A stretch of 32,427 bases of DNA from a virus. Under the pieces are notes generated by a model. It was not told the origin of the DNA. It was given only the letters and a program-made list of their open reading frames with translations, and made no database searches. Every line of letters starts with the position of its first letter. Within the stretch, counting starts at the first letter, position 1. Positions 24,033 through 31,991 of the stretch are shown in pieces. The DNA lies in IMG/VR virus record IMGVR_UViG_3300000298_000020, positions 1 to 32,427 of that record; one strand, given 5' to 3'. The position numbers and the translations under genes were made by a program.

Positions 24033-25737
24033 TTCTCAAATCTCCTAAATTTTTATTACTACCCGCTTCGGCTAAATCCACATCAAAAAAGCCGCTTTTC
24101 AGCGGCTCTTCGGATTGAATTAGCGGTTGCGTTTGTATTTGTTGTTGTTGTGCTTGCACTTCACGTTTTTGCTCCTCTATATACGCGGCAAGTTCGTTGA
24201 CCTCTTTTATCGAGCAAGTGCCAAGTATTTTTTCTGCAAGCATTTTGGCTTGCACCTGTCCTTTTTCGTAAAGTTCACTGTATAGCTTAATTGTATCGGT
24301 GCGCGACGCTTGGCTTTCAGGCATGATGTTTATTTCTGCCGACGTTAGTCCGTAATAGTGAAAATAAATATCCACAAGCTCCTGCAAAGGTTCGCGGATA
24401 ATATCTATTTTTTCGTTTATAAACGCGTCGGTCTTGGTGCGTTCATACTCGATTTCTGTCGCAGTCTTTTGCGTCGTACCGTCAGACAGCCATGCGGCTA
24501 TGGTTGAGCTTGAAAGATTAAGTGCAAAAGCTGTATCGTTGAGTATGTTTTGCTTTTGCGTCTTGATTTCCTCTGCCCTTAACGGCGGCTGTATGGCTAA
24601 CGGCTTGCCGTCCTTTGCATCTCCTAAAGTATTGTCGTAGTAGGAAAACACAAGGGGGTCAAGAGCTTTTTTACGAGCGTCAGGGTCATTGGGGTTCGTT
24701 TGCCCCTCGTCTATCATCACCCGAGAACGAGCCACATATACCTCGAGCCTTTCAAAAAATTTGAGTTGGTCATAAGCATAACTTTCGTTCATCAAAAGAT
24801 CGGCTATCGGCTGTCCAAACGGCAATTTAGGAAATGCAGGAATATCTCGAGTAAATTTTAACAGCCGGACGCCGAGATCTTCGTCAAAAGGAAGTAAGGT
24901 GCACTTGTCGTATATGACCGAGCGTTCTCCATCGCTTCGCGCTCCGTTCCACCTTTCATTAAGAGAAAATGAGTCATAACCGTCTAGTTGTATATCCCCA
25001 TAGTCGCGTTCTATCATTTTGCGGATATCCGACGGGATATCTTTCCACAAAATACTATCCGACGGTGCCGGCGTGGTCTCGTTTGTCATATTTGTGGACG
25101 TTTTGTAAAATGTGTAATGCACCATAGGATAACGCTTCTGTTTCCCATTTTCAATTGTGTATCTAAAAAATCGCTCCTCGCAAAGGTAGTACTCGCTTAC
25201 CGCGCTTATAGTGTCATGATAGGTTGCAACGAAACATTTTACGCGTTCAATGTCTCCGTAAGCGTCTGTTTCTATAAAGAATCTGTCCATCGGCACCGTC
25301 TCAAAGCGCAATGTGTTGGTGCCGTCGTTATTTATCTTCAAAAGACCTGTCCCACCGGCAATGGCATATCCGTATACTTCCTTAACGCATTTGGCAAGTC
25401 CTGATTTTTTAAAACATTTGGATGAGATAAACTCCGCCGTTTCTGCGTTCTGCGTGTTAAATACTATAGGCTTTGAAAAAAGCGTATTGAGAATACCATT
25501 GCCAATACGCTGTAAAAACAAAGACGGCAGCACGCCGTATTCTATGTTGTGAAAGCCTTGCAGCCACCCCTTGTACATAAGTATACGCGGACGGATGTAA
25601 CTCGCATAAAACTGGTAATATCTATCTGAAGCAAGCAGATATGTATTGTCATATTGCGCAAGCCTGAAGCTTTCCGTAGTAAGTTCACTTCCGGCAAATA
25701 ATCCAAGCCCGATTGGCAATTTGTCTTGGTTTTCCAT
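24022..25737 (-). CDS. Portal protein (putative)
   Basis: 571-aa ORF downstream of terL and upstream of scaffold and capsid. Confidence 0.6.
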   Translation of the reverse strand: MENQDKLPIGLGLFAGSELTTESFRLAQYDNTYLLASDRYYQFYASYIRPRILMYKGWLQGFHNIEYGVLPSLFLQRIGNGILNTLFSKPIVFNTQNAETAEFISSKCFKKSGLAKCVKEVYGYAIAGGTGLLKINNDGTNTLRFETVPMDRFFIETDAYGDIERVKCFVATYHDTISAVSEYYLCEERFFRYTIENGKQKRYPMVHYTFYKTSTNMTNETTPAPSDSILWKDIPSDIRKMIERDYGDIQLDGYDSFSLNERWNGARSDGERSVIYDKCTLLPFDEDLGVRLLKFTRDIPAFPKLPFGQPIADLLMNESYAYDQLKFFERLEVYVARSRVMIDEGQTNPNDPDARKKALDPLVFSYYDNTLGDAKDGKPLAIQPPLRAEEIKTQKQNILNDTAFALNLSSSTIAAWLSDGTTQKTATEIEYERTKTDAFINEKIDIIREPLQELVDIYFHYYGLTSAEINIMPESQASRTDTIKLYSELYEKGQVQAKMLAEKILGTCSIKEVNELAAYIEEQKREVQAQQQQIQTQPLIQSEEPLKSGFFDVDLAEAGSNKNLGDLRNET

Positions 25738-26123
25738 TACGCCCTCCGTATTATAAGCTCGTCCAGATATTTAAGAAATTGCGGATTCCTCTTTATATCC
25801 TCAACGCACTCGACATCGAGATCGAAGTCTGGATGCTTTGCGTAAATTCGATCCAACCGCTCGGCTATATATATCCGCTCGGAATTTTTTTCCAGCACAT
25901 CCCCGATTTTAATGTTTACAACCTCTATTATTTTGCGGACGCGCCGCTTGGTGAAATGTACGGCGGGATCTATTTGCACGACTTCCGGAGCGGGATAATT
26001 AAACTCTATGGATAACCCCGGATAGGACTCTTCCACCCAAGCCCTTATTTCGTCCTCCGCTGCCTTGTACTCTTTTCCCGTGTTTATATACTCTCTTAAC
26101 TTCATATCTTTAAATTTCTCCAT
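25737..26123 (-). CDS. Hypothetical protein (128 aa)
   Basis: ORF between terL and the portal gene, with overlapping stop/start codons. Confidence 0.5.
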   Translation of the reverse strand: MEKFKDMKLREYINTGKEYKAAEDEIRAWVEESYPGLSIEFNYPAPEVVQIDPAVHFTKRRVRKIIEVVNIKIGDVLEKNSERIYIAERLDRIYAKHPDFDLDVECVEDIKRNPQFLKYLDELIIRRA

Positions 26124-27576
26124 TAGGACTTTCTTTTTGTAACTTTTCCAGAAACACGTTTGCGGAATAATCGATGTCGTATCTTGCTTTACGCTCGGGG
26201 AACGTAAGGTTATAAGGATTTCGCAATATCGTCATTACGGCATATTGCAAGCTGTCCGGTCTGTCGTTAGGCACCGTCGGGTCAAGCTTGCCGTTTTCCA
26301 AAAGCCTGCACGCTTTTAATTGATCACACAACACCCTGTTTGAGTACTGCGGAGAATAATTATCAACATTTACGATCCTTAGCGTTCCGTTTGCAAAAGC
26401 TGTATTGACTATCCCGTATTGCTTTTCTTTCTCCATTTTGTCAGTATATGGAAGCAACGCCACATTGCGCCAACGCATATAGTTCTTGTCTGTCTTTTTA
26501 AGCACCACCATCTGTTGGTACATTCCTCCTGCACAATCAAACACAATTATTACCGGCAATTGGTGTTCTCGATTGAAATGCTCGTTGATGTAGTCCAAGT
26601 ATTTTATAACTATTGCGCAACGCTCCGTAAGCGCGGGCTTTTCCGGCAATTCCTTGCAGGATATATATAGCCCCTCCTGTGCTCTCAGCAGCCCATTGTT
26701 ATGCACAGTTACACAGTCACCCGCCAAAGCATCCCTTCGTTCAGCGTCGTCTATGCCTATCACTATTGACCGAATAAGCGCGGCTCCGCCCAGCTTGCCG
26801 TCGTTGGCAATAAACCACTCACGAGGAATATAATGCTCACTCTCAATAAATGAGTGGAAACAATTTTCCCAGCCAGCGACGTCAAGGTCTCCCTCGTAAA
26901 TCTGAGCATATGAAACAGGGTCATCCCTCTGCATGGCGTATATTTCATCCAACAAATCTTGGGGCAACCATTCGAGTATGTCTCGATAAGTTGGCTTTAA
27001 CACTATCCAGTTAGGGTCGTTTAACTTCTGTTTATAGTATTCATAAAACCACATCGCACGCCTGTCCGGATTGCCTGCAAGTATAACCTTTCTATGCCCT
27101 GCTTTCATCTGCCGTAAAAACGTCGAAAGACAGTTGTCTAAGATTTTTTTACCATGCAACTTTTGAACTTCGTCCATAACAAAAAGGCTAATCGGTCTGA
27201 TTAGCTTTTTTGACTTTGTTCTATTTACGTCGTCCAATCTGTTAGACTGAACTGCATAAGTCTTGATTATGTTGTGACGCCCTTTCTTGTATATCTCAGT
27301 TGCTCCGAACACCCATGAATTGTCCTCGTTAAGCCCATGCGCCTCTATAAACGCCTGGAATTCGGCAAGAACGCCGTCGCCGGCGTTGGTAAAGCTATCA
27401 ATGCCTACGCCTACATCATAATCCCTGTAACGTTCATAGTAGAGATAAATAAGCAATCCGAGATTGGTTGATTTTCCGGAGGCTCTCGGAGAAAAAAGCA
27501 GGACTTTTTGCGACCCCTCTGTTTCTATATCGTATACTGTTTCGTAAACCTCTGACAATTCAAGGTCAATCTCCAT
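26110..27576 (-). CDS. terL: Terminase large subunit
   Basis: Walker A FSPRASGKST and Walker B-like LFVMDEVQ. Size and position after terS fit terL. Confidence 0.85.
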   Translation of the reverse strand: MEIDLELSEVYETVYDIETEGSQKVLLFSPRASGKSTNLGLLIYLYYERYRDYDVGVGIDSFTNAGDGVLAEFQAFIEAHGLNEDNSWVFGATEIYKKGRHNIIKTYAVQSNRLDDVNRTKSKKLIRPISLFVMDEVQKLHGKKILDNCLSTFLRQMKAGHRKVILAGNPDRRAMWFYEYYKQKLNDPNWIVLKPTYRDILEWLPQDLLDEIYAMQRDDPVSYAQIYEGDLDVAGWENCFHSFIESEHYIPREWFIANDGKLGGAALIRSIVIGIDDAERRDALAGDCVTVHNNGLLRAQEGLYISCKELPEKPALTERCAIVIKYLDYINEHFNREHQLPVIIVFDCAGGMYQQMVVLKKTDKNYMRWRNVALLPYTDKMEKEKQYGIVNTAFANGTLRIVNVDNYSPQYSNRVLCDQLKACRLLENGKLDPTVPNDRPDSLQYAVMTILRNPYNLTFPERKARYDIDYSANVFLEKLQKESPNGEI

Positions 27577-27589
27577 ACAAAACCGCCTC

Positions 27590-28135
27590 TTAAATCTCGT
27601 TATCTCTTTTTAACGCCGTACCGTCCACGATTACAGGGTCTTTCTCGGATATTTCGGGTTTGCGCTTGGATTTGTCTCCGAAAGTGATGTTTATTTTCGT
27701 TTCCTCACTTGCGCCGAGATTTAATTTCTCAGGTGCTTTGTAGCCTAAAATTTCGCTTGCAGTTTTAATCGCGCTTACGGCTACGCTGCGGGCTTTGGAG
27801 TCCAGACTCTCCATTACGATCTTGCCCTTAGACGTCACTTTTACCGGAGCATCCCTGCACTCGTCGGCAATACGTTTTAAATCCCGAATCATGTCCGCTT
27901 TCTCCCAAATGACCTTGACGCAAAGCTCTGTCTTCAATTCTTTACACCTTGAGTGTACCTTGATATTGTTTAACAGCCGACTGGCAATTTCATCAATGCT
28001 CTTGTCAGTCTTATTTCCTCGCCCATATGCAGTGATATACGCTTGACGTTGACTTTTTCCCTCTATCGCATAAGCACGGCAAAAGGCTTCCTGTTTAGGC
28101 GTCAATTTGTTTTTCTCATTCATACTTTTTCCCAT
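27590..28135 (-). CDS. terS: Terminase small subunit
   Basis: LTPKQEAFCRAYAIEGKSQRQAYITAYG ... ASRLLNNIKV matches the terminase small subunit N-terminal HTH signature. Alternative start at 28123. Confidence 0.8.
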   Translation of the reverse strand: MGKSMNEKNKLTPKQEAFCRAYAIEGKSQRQAYITAYGRGNKTDKSIDEIASRLLNNIKVHSRCKELKTELCVKVIWEKADMIRDLKRIADECRDAPVKVTSKGKIVMESLDSKARSVAVSAIKTASEILGYKAPEKLNLGASEETKINITFGDKSKRKPEISEKDPVIVDGTALKRDNEI

Positions 28136-28168
28136 TAAAAAAGCAAGGACGCACTTTTATCCTTGCTT
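28136..28168 (-). terminator. Intrinsic terminator abutting the terS start codon
   Basis: Stem AAGCAAGGA (28141-28149) pairs with TCCTTGCTT (28160-28168). On the minus strand its U-run continues to 28136, directly before ATG 28135. Confidence 0.6.
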
Positions 28169-28253
28169 TGTAATTTTTATATTTAATTGTAGTTGCTCCT
28201 ATTATTTAAATGACGCATAAAAGGCTTTTGCTTGACTCGGGAGGTTTGGCGTG

Positions 28254-28430
28254 TCAATAAGTTCTTGCTAGCTCTTTATCAGTCATTTGAGATAATAATT
28301 CTTTTTCCTTGCTTGAATAGTAATTTTCTCTATCGGGGGACAACTTGTAATTATTTGCCTCAAGCTCTGCTGCTTCCGCTGTTTTAAAGTTATCATATTC
28401 GATACATTTTGGAGAGTTGTATATTCTCAT
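28254..28430 (-). CDS. Hypothetical small protein (58 aa), absent from the ORF track
   Basis: Translation begins MRIYNSPKCIEYDNFKTAEAAELEANNYKL. ATGA overlap with the upstream small ORF. Confidence 0.4.
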   Translation of the reverse strand: MRIYNSPKCIEYDNFKTAEAAELEANNYKLSPDRENYYSSKEKELLSQMTDKELARTY

Positions 28431-28603
28431 TTTTTATAATGGCTTAACCACATTTTTGTGGCAACACAAGTTGACAGCGATATTAAGTGATCGATTAAGT
28501 CATTATCTGCCGCGCGCATAAAATCACCACGTGCCTCTGCATTTTCAAAACTATCAAGAAACTCTGTTAGTTCCATATTAGTTTTTATTTCTTTTAGCTC
28601 CAT
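28427..28603 (-). CDS. Hypothetical small protein (58 aa), absent from the ORF track
   Basis: Translation begins MELKEIKTNMELTEFLDSFENAEARGDFMRAADNDLIDHL. Starts 5 nt after the stop of the 192-aa ORF. Confidence 0.4.
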   Translation of the reverse strand: MELKEIKTNMELTEFLDSFENAEARGDFMRAADNDLIDHLISLSTCVATKMWLSHYKK

Positions 28604-28607
28604 AAAA

Positions 28608-29186
28608 CTAACTCCTCTTTATCTTATTGCCTTTCTCAGCATCGTATTGCGTATTTATTATTAAGGCATTGTCCCAGTCGCCACATCTCGCCGCCGCCCA
28701 ATCAAACACGCTTTCTTGGTTGTACTCCACAGCAATGCGCATGGCTTCGTTAATGTTGTCCGTATGAAAAGATATCTCAGGTACGCCTGCATATACACCG
28801 CCATGTGCTCTTGAACCTGTGCGTTTTATCATTTCCGCAACCTTGTCATCATACTCGGCATCCGTATATGTATCACCTGTCTGTTGAAAAGATACTTGAT
28901 ATCCGCTTTCATATGATACCGCTTCTCCGGTCTCAAGGTCATAAGTGCCGTCCGGTTTATTTTTAAGAGCTAATAGCTTTGCCTTTTGTCCTTTTATTTT
29001 ATGCTTTTTCGGCTCCGTTGTCAACCCTTCGGAATTAGATGCATCCATTAAGTCTGCGCTTTTCTTAAACACCCCTGTTTGTCCTTTATTCGTAAATTTT
29101 CCGTCTTCATCTCGCGGGTGTTCGCTCTCGTTAAATTCACTTGAACCGCCGTCCAAAATTGAGTTGCTTTTCTTAAAACTATCCAT
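28608..29186 (-). CDS. Hypothetical protein with EHPRDEDGKF motif (192 aa)
   Basis: The HPRDxxGKF motif recurs in phage morphogenesis and polyvalent-protein domains. Function unknown. Confidence 0.5.
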   Translation of the reverse strand: MDSFKKSNSILDGGSSEFNESEHPRDEDGKFTNKGQTGVFKKSADLMDASNSEGLTTEPKKHKIKGQKAKLLALKNKPDGTYDLETGEAVSYESGYQVSFQQTGDTYTDAEYDDKVAEMIKRTGSRAHGGVYAGVPEISFHTDNINEAMRIAVEYNQESVFDWAAARCGDWDNALIINTQYDAEKGNKIKRS

Positions 29187-29298
29187 TTTATCTCTTTCTT
29201 CTACTTTGTTATCGAATTGGTTTTGACCATAAAACCATTATAACGTATATCATATTTTACAGTAACATTCAACCACATTTTTTAACTTTTTTTAACAT

Positions 29299-29727
29299 TT
29301 AAGGATCCAACTTTGATTTTATATGCAGTCTGACATATTCTAAAGCCTCTGGGTGCAGCCTGTATGTTATGTACCTTATGCTATAACCCATGAAATTAGC
29401 TATATCCTCCCATGACTTGCAAAGTAAATAGCGTTGTTCAAGCAATATCCTGTGCGAATAGTCTTCAAGGCTGTTGACTACATCGCTTATTTCTTTTTTG
29501 ATAGTTACAAGTTCATTAAGCTGCCGCTTGATATCTGCCTCTGCGTCCGCTATTTTTATGCAGTAAATTTCAAGGCGACCTTCATTATTTCCGCCATTTA
29601 CATGCTCTGACACTAAATTACTTGACATTTTAGCAGCGAGATTGCGCCACATCTCTATCTGCTCGTATTTGCTCGTGATTTGCTGGTCGATTTTATTCGC
29701 CCGCGAAAGCCAGCTTTTTACATTCAT
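29299..29727 (-). CDS. ArpU/RinA/DUF1492-like late-gene transcriptional regulator (sigma region-4-like)
   Basis: C-terminal HRILLEQRYLLCKSWEDIANFMGYSIRYITYRLHPEALEY fits a sigma-70 region 4-type HTH. Positioned upstream of the packaging genes. Confidence 0.6.
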   Translation of the reverse strand: MNVKSWLSRANKIDQQITSKYEQIEMWRNLAAKMSSNLVSEHVNGGNNEGRLEIYCIKIADAEADIKRQLNELVTIKKEISDVVNSLEDYSHRILLEQRYLLCKSWEDIANFMGYSIRYITYRLHPEALEYVRLHIKSKLDP

Positions 29728-29738
29728 ATTTTTTCCTT

Positions 29739-30426
29739 TTATCGGACAAACATCCTCAGCTGTCCGCTTGACTCTTCCCCTTTTAAGCGATTACAGGCAA
29801 TCCTATACCACTCCTTGTTTTTCTCAAAACCTATGTAGCTACGTCCATTTTTTATGGCGGCAACTGCCGTTGTTCCGCTACCTATGAACGGGTCTAATAT
29901 AATGTCACCCGGTTGCGAGGCGTGGAGTATGTGACGTTCTACAAACTCTAACGGCTTTATTGTGGGGTGAGAATATTTCTCCTTATCCGCTTTATTTATT
30001 GAACTGTTGTACCATTTGCTTTTTAACTCATATCCGTTATTTAAATTTACTCCCGAATCTCTGAAATGCAGACATATTTCAATATCTTCCAAATACCGTT
30101 GATTGCAAGTCGGAATAGGATTATTTTTCGTCCACACAAGCAACGTGTAGTTATAATTTTTAAAAAAATTTAAAACATCCCGCATTTGCAAACGACTGCA
30201 CCAGATGAATATATTTGTTTTTTTGCATACTCGAATAAAATCGTGGAATATAGAATAAGCAATACCATTACTTATTTCTTTTAGCGACTCTTCCATTTTC
30301 TTCGACGGAAACTCCACCTTGCATATACAGATATGGAATATCTGTGTATATCATGTCTACGCTTTTATCCGGGATTTCCTTAATAAGTTCAAAAGCATCG
30401 CCCAAAAGTATTTTATTTAATAGCAT
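29739..30426 (-). pseudogene. Beta-class N6-adenine/N4-cytosine DNA methyltransferase with a +1 frame break
   Basis: The N-terminal frame carries SVDMIYTDIPY, a DPPY-type motif IV. The second frame carries HPTIKPLEFVERHI and DPFIGSGTTAVAA (motif I). The frames meet near 30306-30315 (QGGVS / FPSKKMEE), and one extra nucleotide is required. Confidence 0.75.
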
Positions 30427-30497
30427 AGTATCTCTATTTTTTCTCCCTGTTTTATTCTTTGCCGTTTTAGTATTTGAAAATTCGTAAACAAACCTCG

Positions 30498-30743
30498 TCA
30501 ATCTATCCCGTCGCAATGTCTATATTTTTCAAACATACATTCCTTAGCATACTTGACGCTGTTTCTGTCATATTCTTCGGACGTGCAGGGCAATTTCGTA
30601 TACGGGTCTTCCTTAAGCCCATACCTTTCTATCATTTCGTCGAAAAATTCTCTTGGGACGCATATGCCGCTGAAAATTAAATTTTCCAAAAAATCAACCG
30701 CAATCCTTTGTTCCTTTTCCGTTAATGTTGTTTTGCGCTTCAT
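30498..30743 (-). CDS. Hypothetical protein (81 aa)
   Basis: ORF between repeat-protein paralog 1 and the N6/N4-MTase. Confidence 0.45.
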   Translation of the reverse strand: MKRKTTLTEKEQRIAVDFLENLIFSGICVPREFFDEMIERYGLKEDPYTKLPCTSEEYDRNSVKYAKECMFEKYRHCDGID

Positions 30744-31289
30744 TTGCTCTAGGCTCCTCTATAGTTTCAACGCCAAAATGTACTTTTATCAACTCAATTA
30801 CAAGATTATATTCTTTCCCGAATTTACTATCACTGTGTTTGCTTTTAACTGCCTCTGCGAAATCCTCTATAGTTCCGAAAAAGCAGCCGCATGATATTTT
30901 GATATCGCTGTTTTTACATCTGAAAGCTGTTGTCGTGCCCAAACGTGAGCCTATTTTTGAAATCCAAATTATATCTGCATTGCCATAGACCCATGCATCG
31001 CCAGAGACCTCTGCATCGCCATAGACCCATGCATCGCCATAGACCTTTGCATCGCCATAGACCTTTGCATCGCCATAGACCTTTGCATTGCCATAGACCC
31101 ATGCATCGCCATAGACCCATGCATTGCCAGAGACCCATGCGTTGCCATCTTGTGAGAAAGATTGCTTTCTTTTTCAATCCAACCTCCTAAATCTCCGACT
31201 TTGACTGAACCAAAATTGGCAAGACTTTCAATTTGAAACAATGTCCTACCATATTTTTCTATCTTGTTATCGGTGAGTTTGTATTTCAT
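30694..31289 (-). pseudogene. Hexapeptide-repeat (left-handed beta-helix/bactofilin-like) protein, paralog 1, with a -1/+2 frame break
   Basis: Frame 0 starts at ATG 31289 (GAGGAG RBS) and reads MKYKLTDNKIEKYGRTLFQIESLANFGSVKVGDLGGWIEKESNLS. The -1 frame has no start codon and so is invisible in the ORF track. It reads [99 protein letters not shown] and continues to the stop at 30694. Confidence 0.75.
30979..31149 (-). repeat. 18-bp tandem repeat (about 9.5 units) encoding G-[ND]-A-x-V-[YS]
   Basis: Units start at 30979, 30997, 31015, 31033, 31051, 31069, 31087, 31105 and 31123. Four of the six reading frames stay open across the array. Confidence 0.9.
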
Positions 31290-31506
31290 CTTTTTTCTCC
31301 TCTTTCTTCGGCGGCTTGCAACCGTCCTCACACTCTCTTATTTCGGGGTATTCGCGAGGAATGTAGCAGTCATACCGGGATACCAGCTCCTCGCGCATAC
31401 ACACGCAATAATCTTCGCAGGTTACCAAATCGGCGCAGTCCTCGCAAAAAACAACGTCATTTCGCAACAGACAATCGACGTTGCAACTCTCACAGTAATT
31501 TTTCAT
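31267..31506 (-). CDS. Cys-rich acidic small protein (79 aa, 12 Cys)
   Basis: Translation begins MKNYCESCNVDCLLRNDVVFCEDCADLVTCEDYCVCMRE. No family recognised. Confidence 0.5.
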   Translation of the reverse strand: MKNYCESCNVDCLLRNDVVFCEDCADLVTCEDYCVCMREELVSRYDCYIPREYPEIRECEDGCKPPKKEEKKDEIQTHR

Positions 31507-31865
31507 TCTTTAACCTCACACAATGCTCTCGCCCATCGCTGCTTTTTGCACGTAGGCGCCGAAGTATTTCTTGGTCGGCTTTCCCTACTCCAGCTCCCTC
31601 CGCCGCAAGAGGATGTCTCTAGCTTCCACCCCGAAGCGACAAGGCTATTCCCGTTTTCCTCGTCAAGAATATATGTAATTATTTTGCTATAACCAAGCTC
31701 CTTAGCCACCCTTGCGCATTTCGAATAAAGAAATGAACACGCATTCTTGACTCCGTCCAAAACGCACAAACGCACTACCTCAAGCGTTTCCCCGTCATCT
31801 AAATGCCGGGACACAGGACGTCCTACTTGTGCCACCCTACTCAATACAACGCCTCGCACGCACAA
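31503..31865 (-). CDS. GNAT-fold-like protein (resembles the XF1762-type phage family), apparently N-terminally truncated
   Basis: GRPVSRHLDDGETLEVVRLCV..NACSFLYSKCARVAKELGYSKIITYILDEENGNSLVASGWK..GGGSWSRESRPR..KKQRW matches my recollection of that family core. No ATG start. There is a stop codon immediately upstream in frame. Confidence 0.4.
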   Translation of the reverse strand: MCVRGVVLSRVAQVGRPVSRHLDDGETLEVVRLCVLDGVKNACSFLYSKCARVAKELGYSKIITYILDEENGNSLVASGWKLETSSCGGGSWSRESRPRNTSAPTCKKQRWARALCEVKE

Positions 31866-31936
31866 TCTTTACTGCAATAACGATTGCTTTTATTATCGTC
31901 GAAATATTTGACTTGCAAATAATCATCAAAAAACAT
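31841..31936 (-). CDS. Possible 31-aa ORF with RYCSKDC segment
   Basis: Translation is MFFDDYLQVKYFDDNKSNRYCSKDCACEALY. Weak RBS. Overlaps the annotated start of the GNAT-like ORF. Confidence 0.2.
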   Translation of the reverse strand: MFFDDYLQVKYFDDNKSNRYCSKDCACEALY

Positions 31937-31991
31937 ATACGCTTCTTTGTGAAGCTTTTCCCCTCAATTTGCGCATTAAAATTGCTTTCAT

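Noticed and set aside
30979-31149. The 18-bp repeat arrays (also 32234-32427) as CRISPR-like arrays
   Set aside because: The units are directly tandem with no spacers. They lie in frame inside coding sequences and translate to regular hexapeptide repeats.
31146-31176. Programmed -1 ribosomal frameshift in repeat-protein paralog 1 (GAAAAAG run at about 31165-31171)
   Set aside because: There is no X-XXY-YYZ heptamer in the zero frame. The zero-frame peptide ESNLS continues the expected family sequence up to the CACA at 31151-31154, so a 2-nt insertion explains the break better.
30914-31190. ORFs 30914-31177 (MGLWRC repeats) and 30930-31190 (HRHRP repeats)
   Set aside because: These are alternative-frame and antisense readings of the same 18-bp tandem array. 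Only the G-[ND]-A-x-V-Y frame continues into the conserved C-terminal domain.
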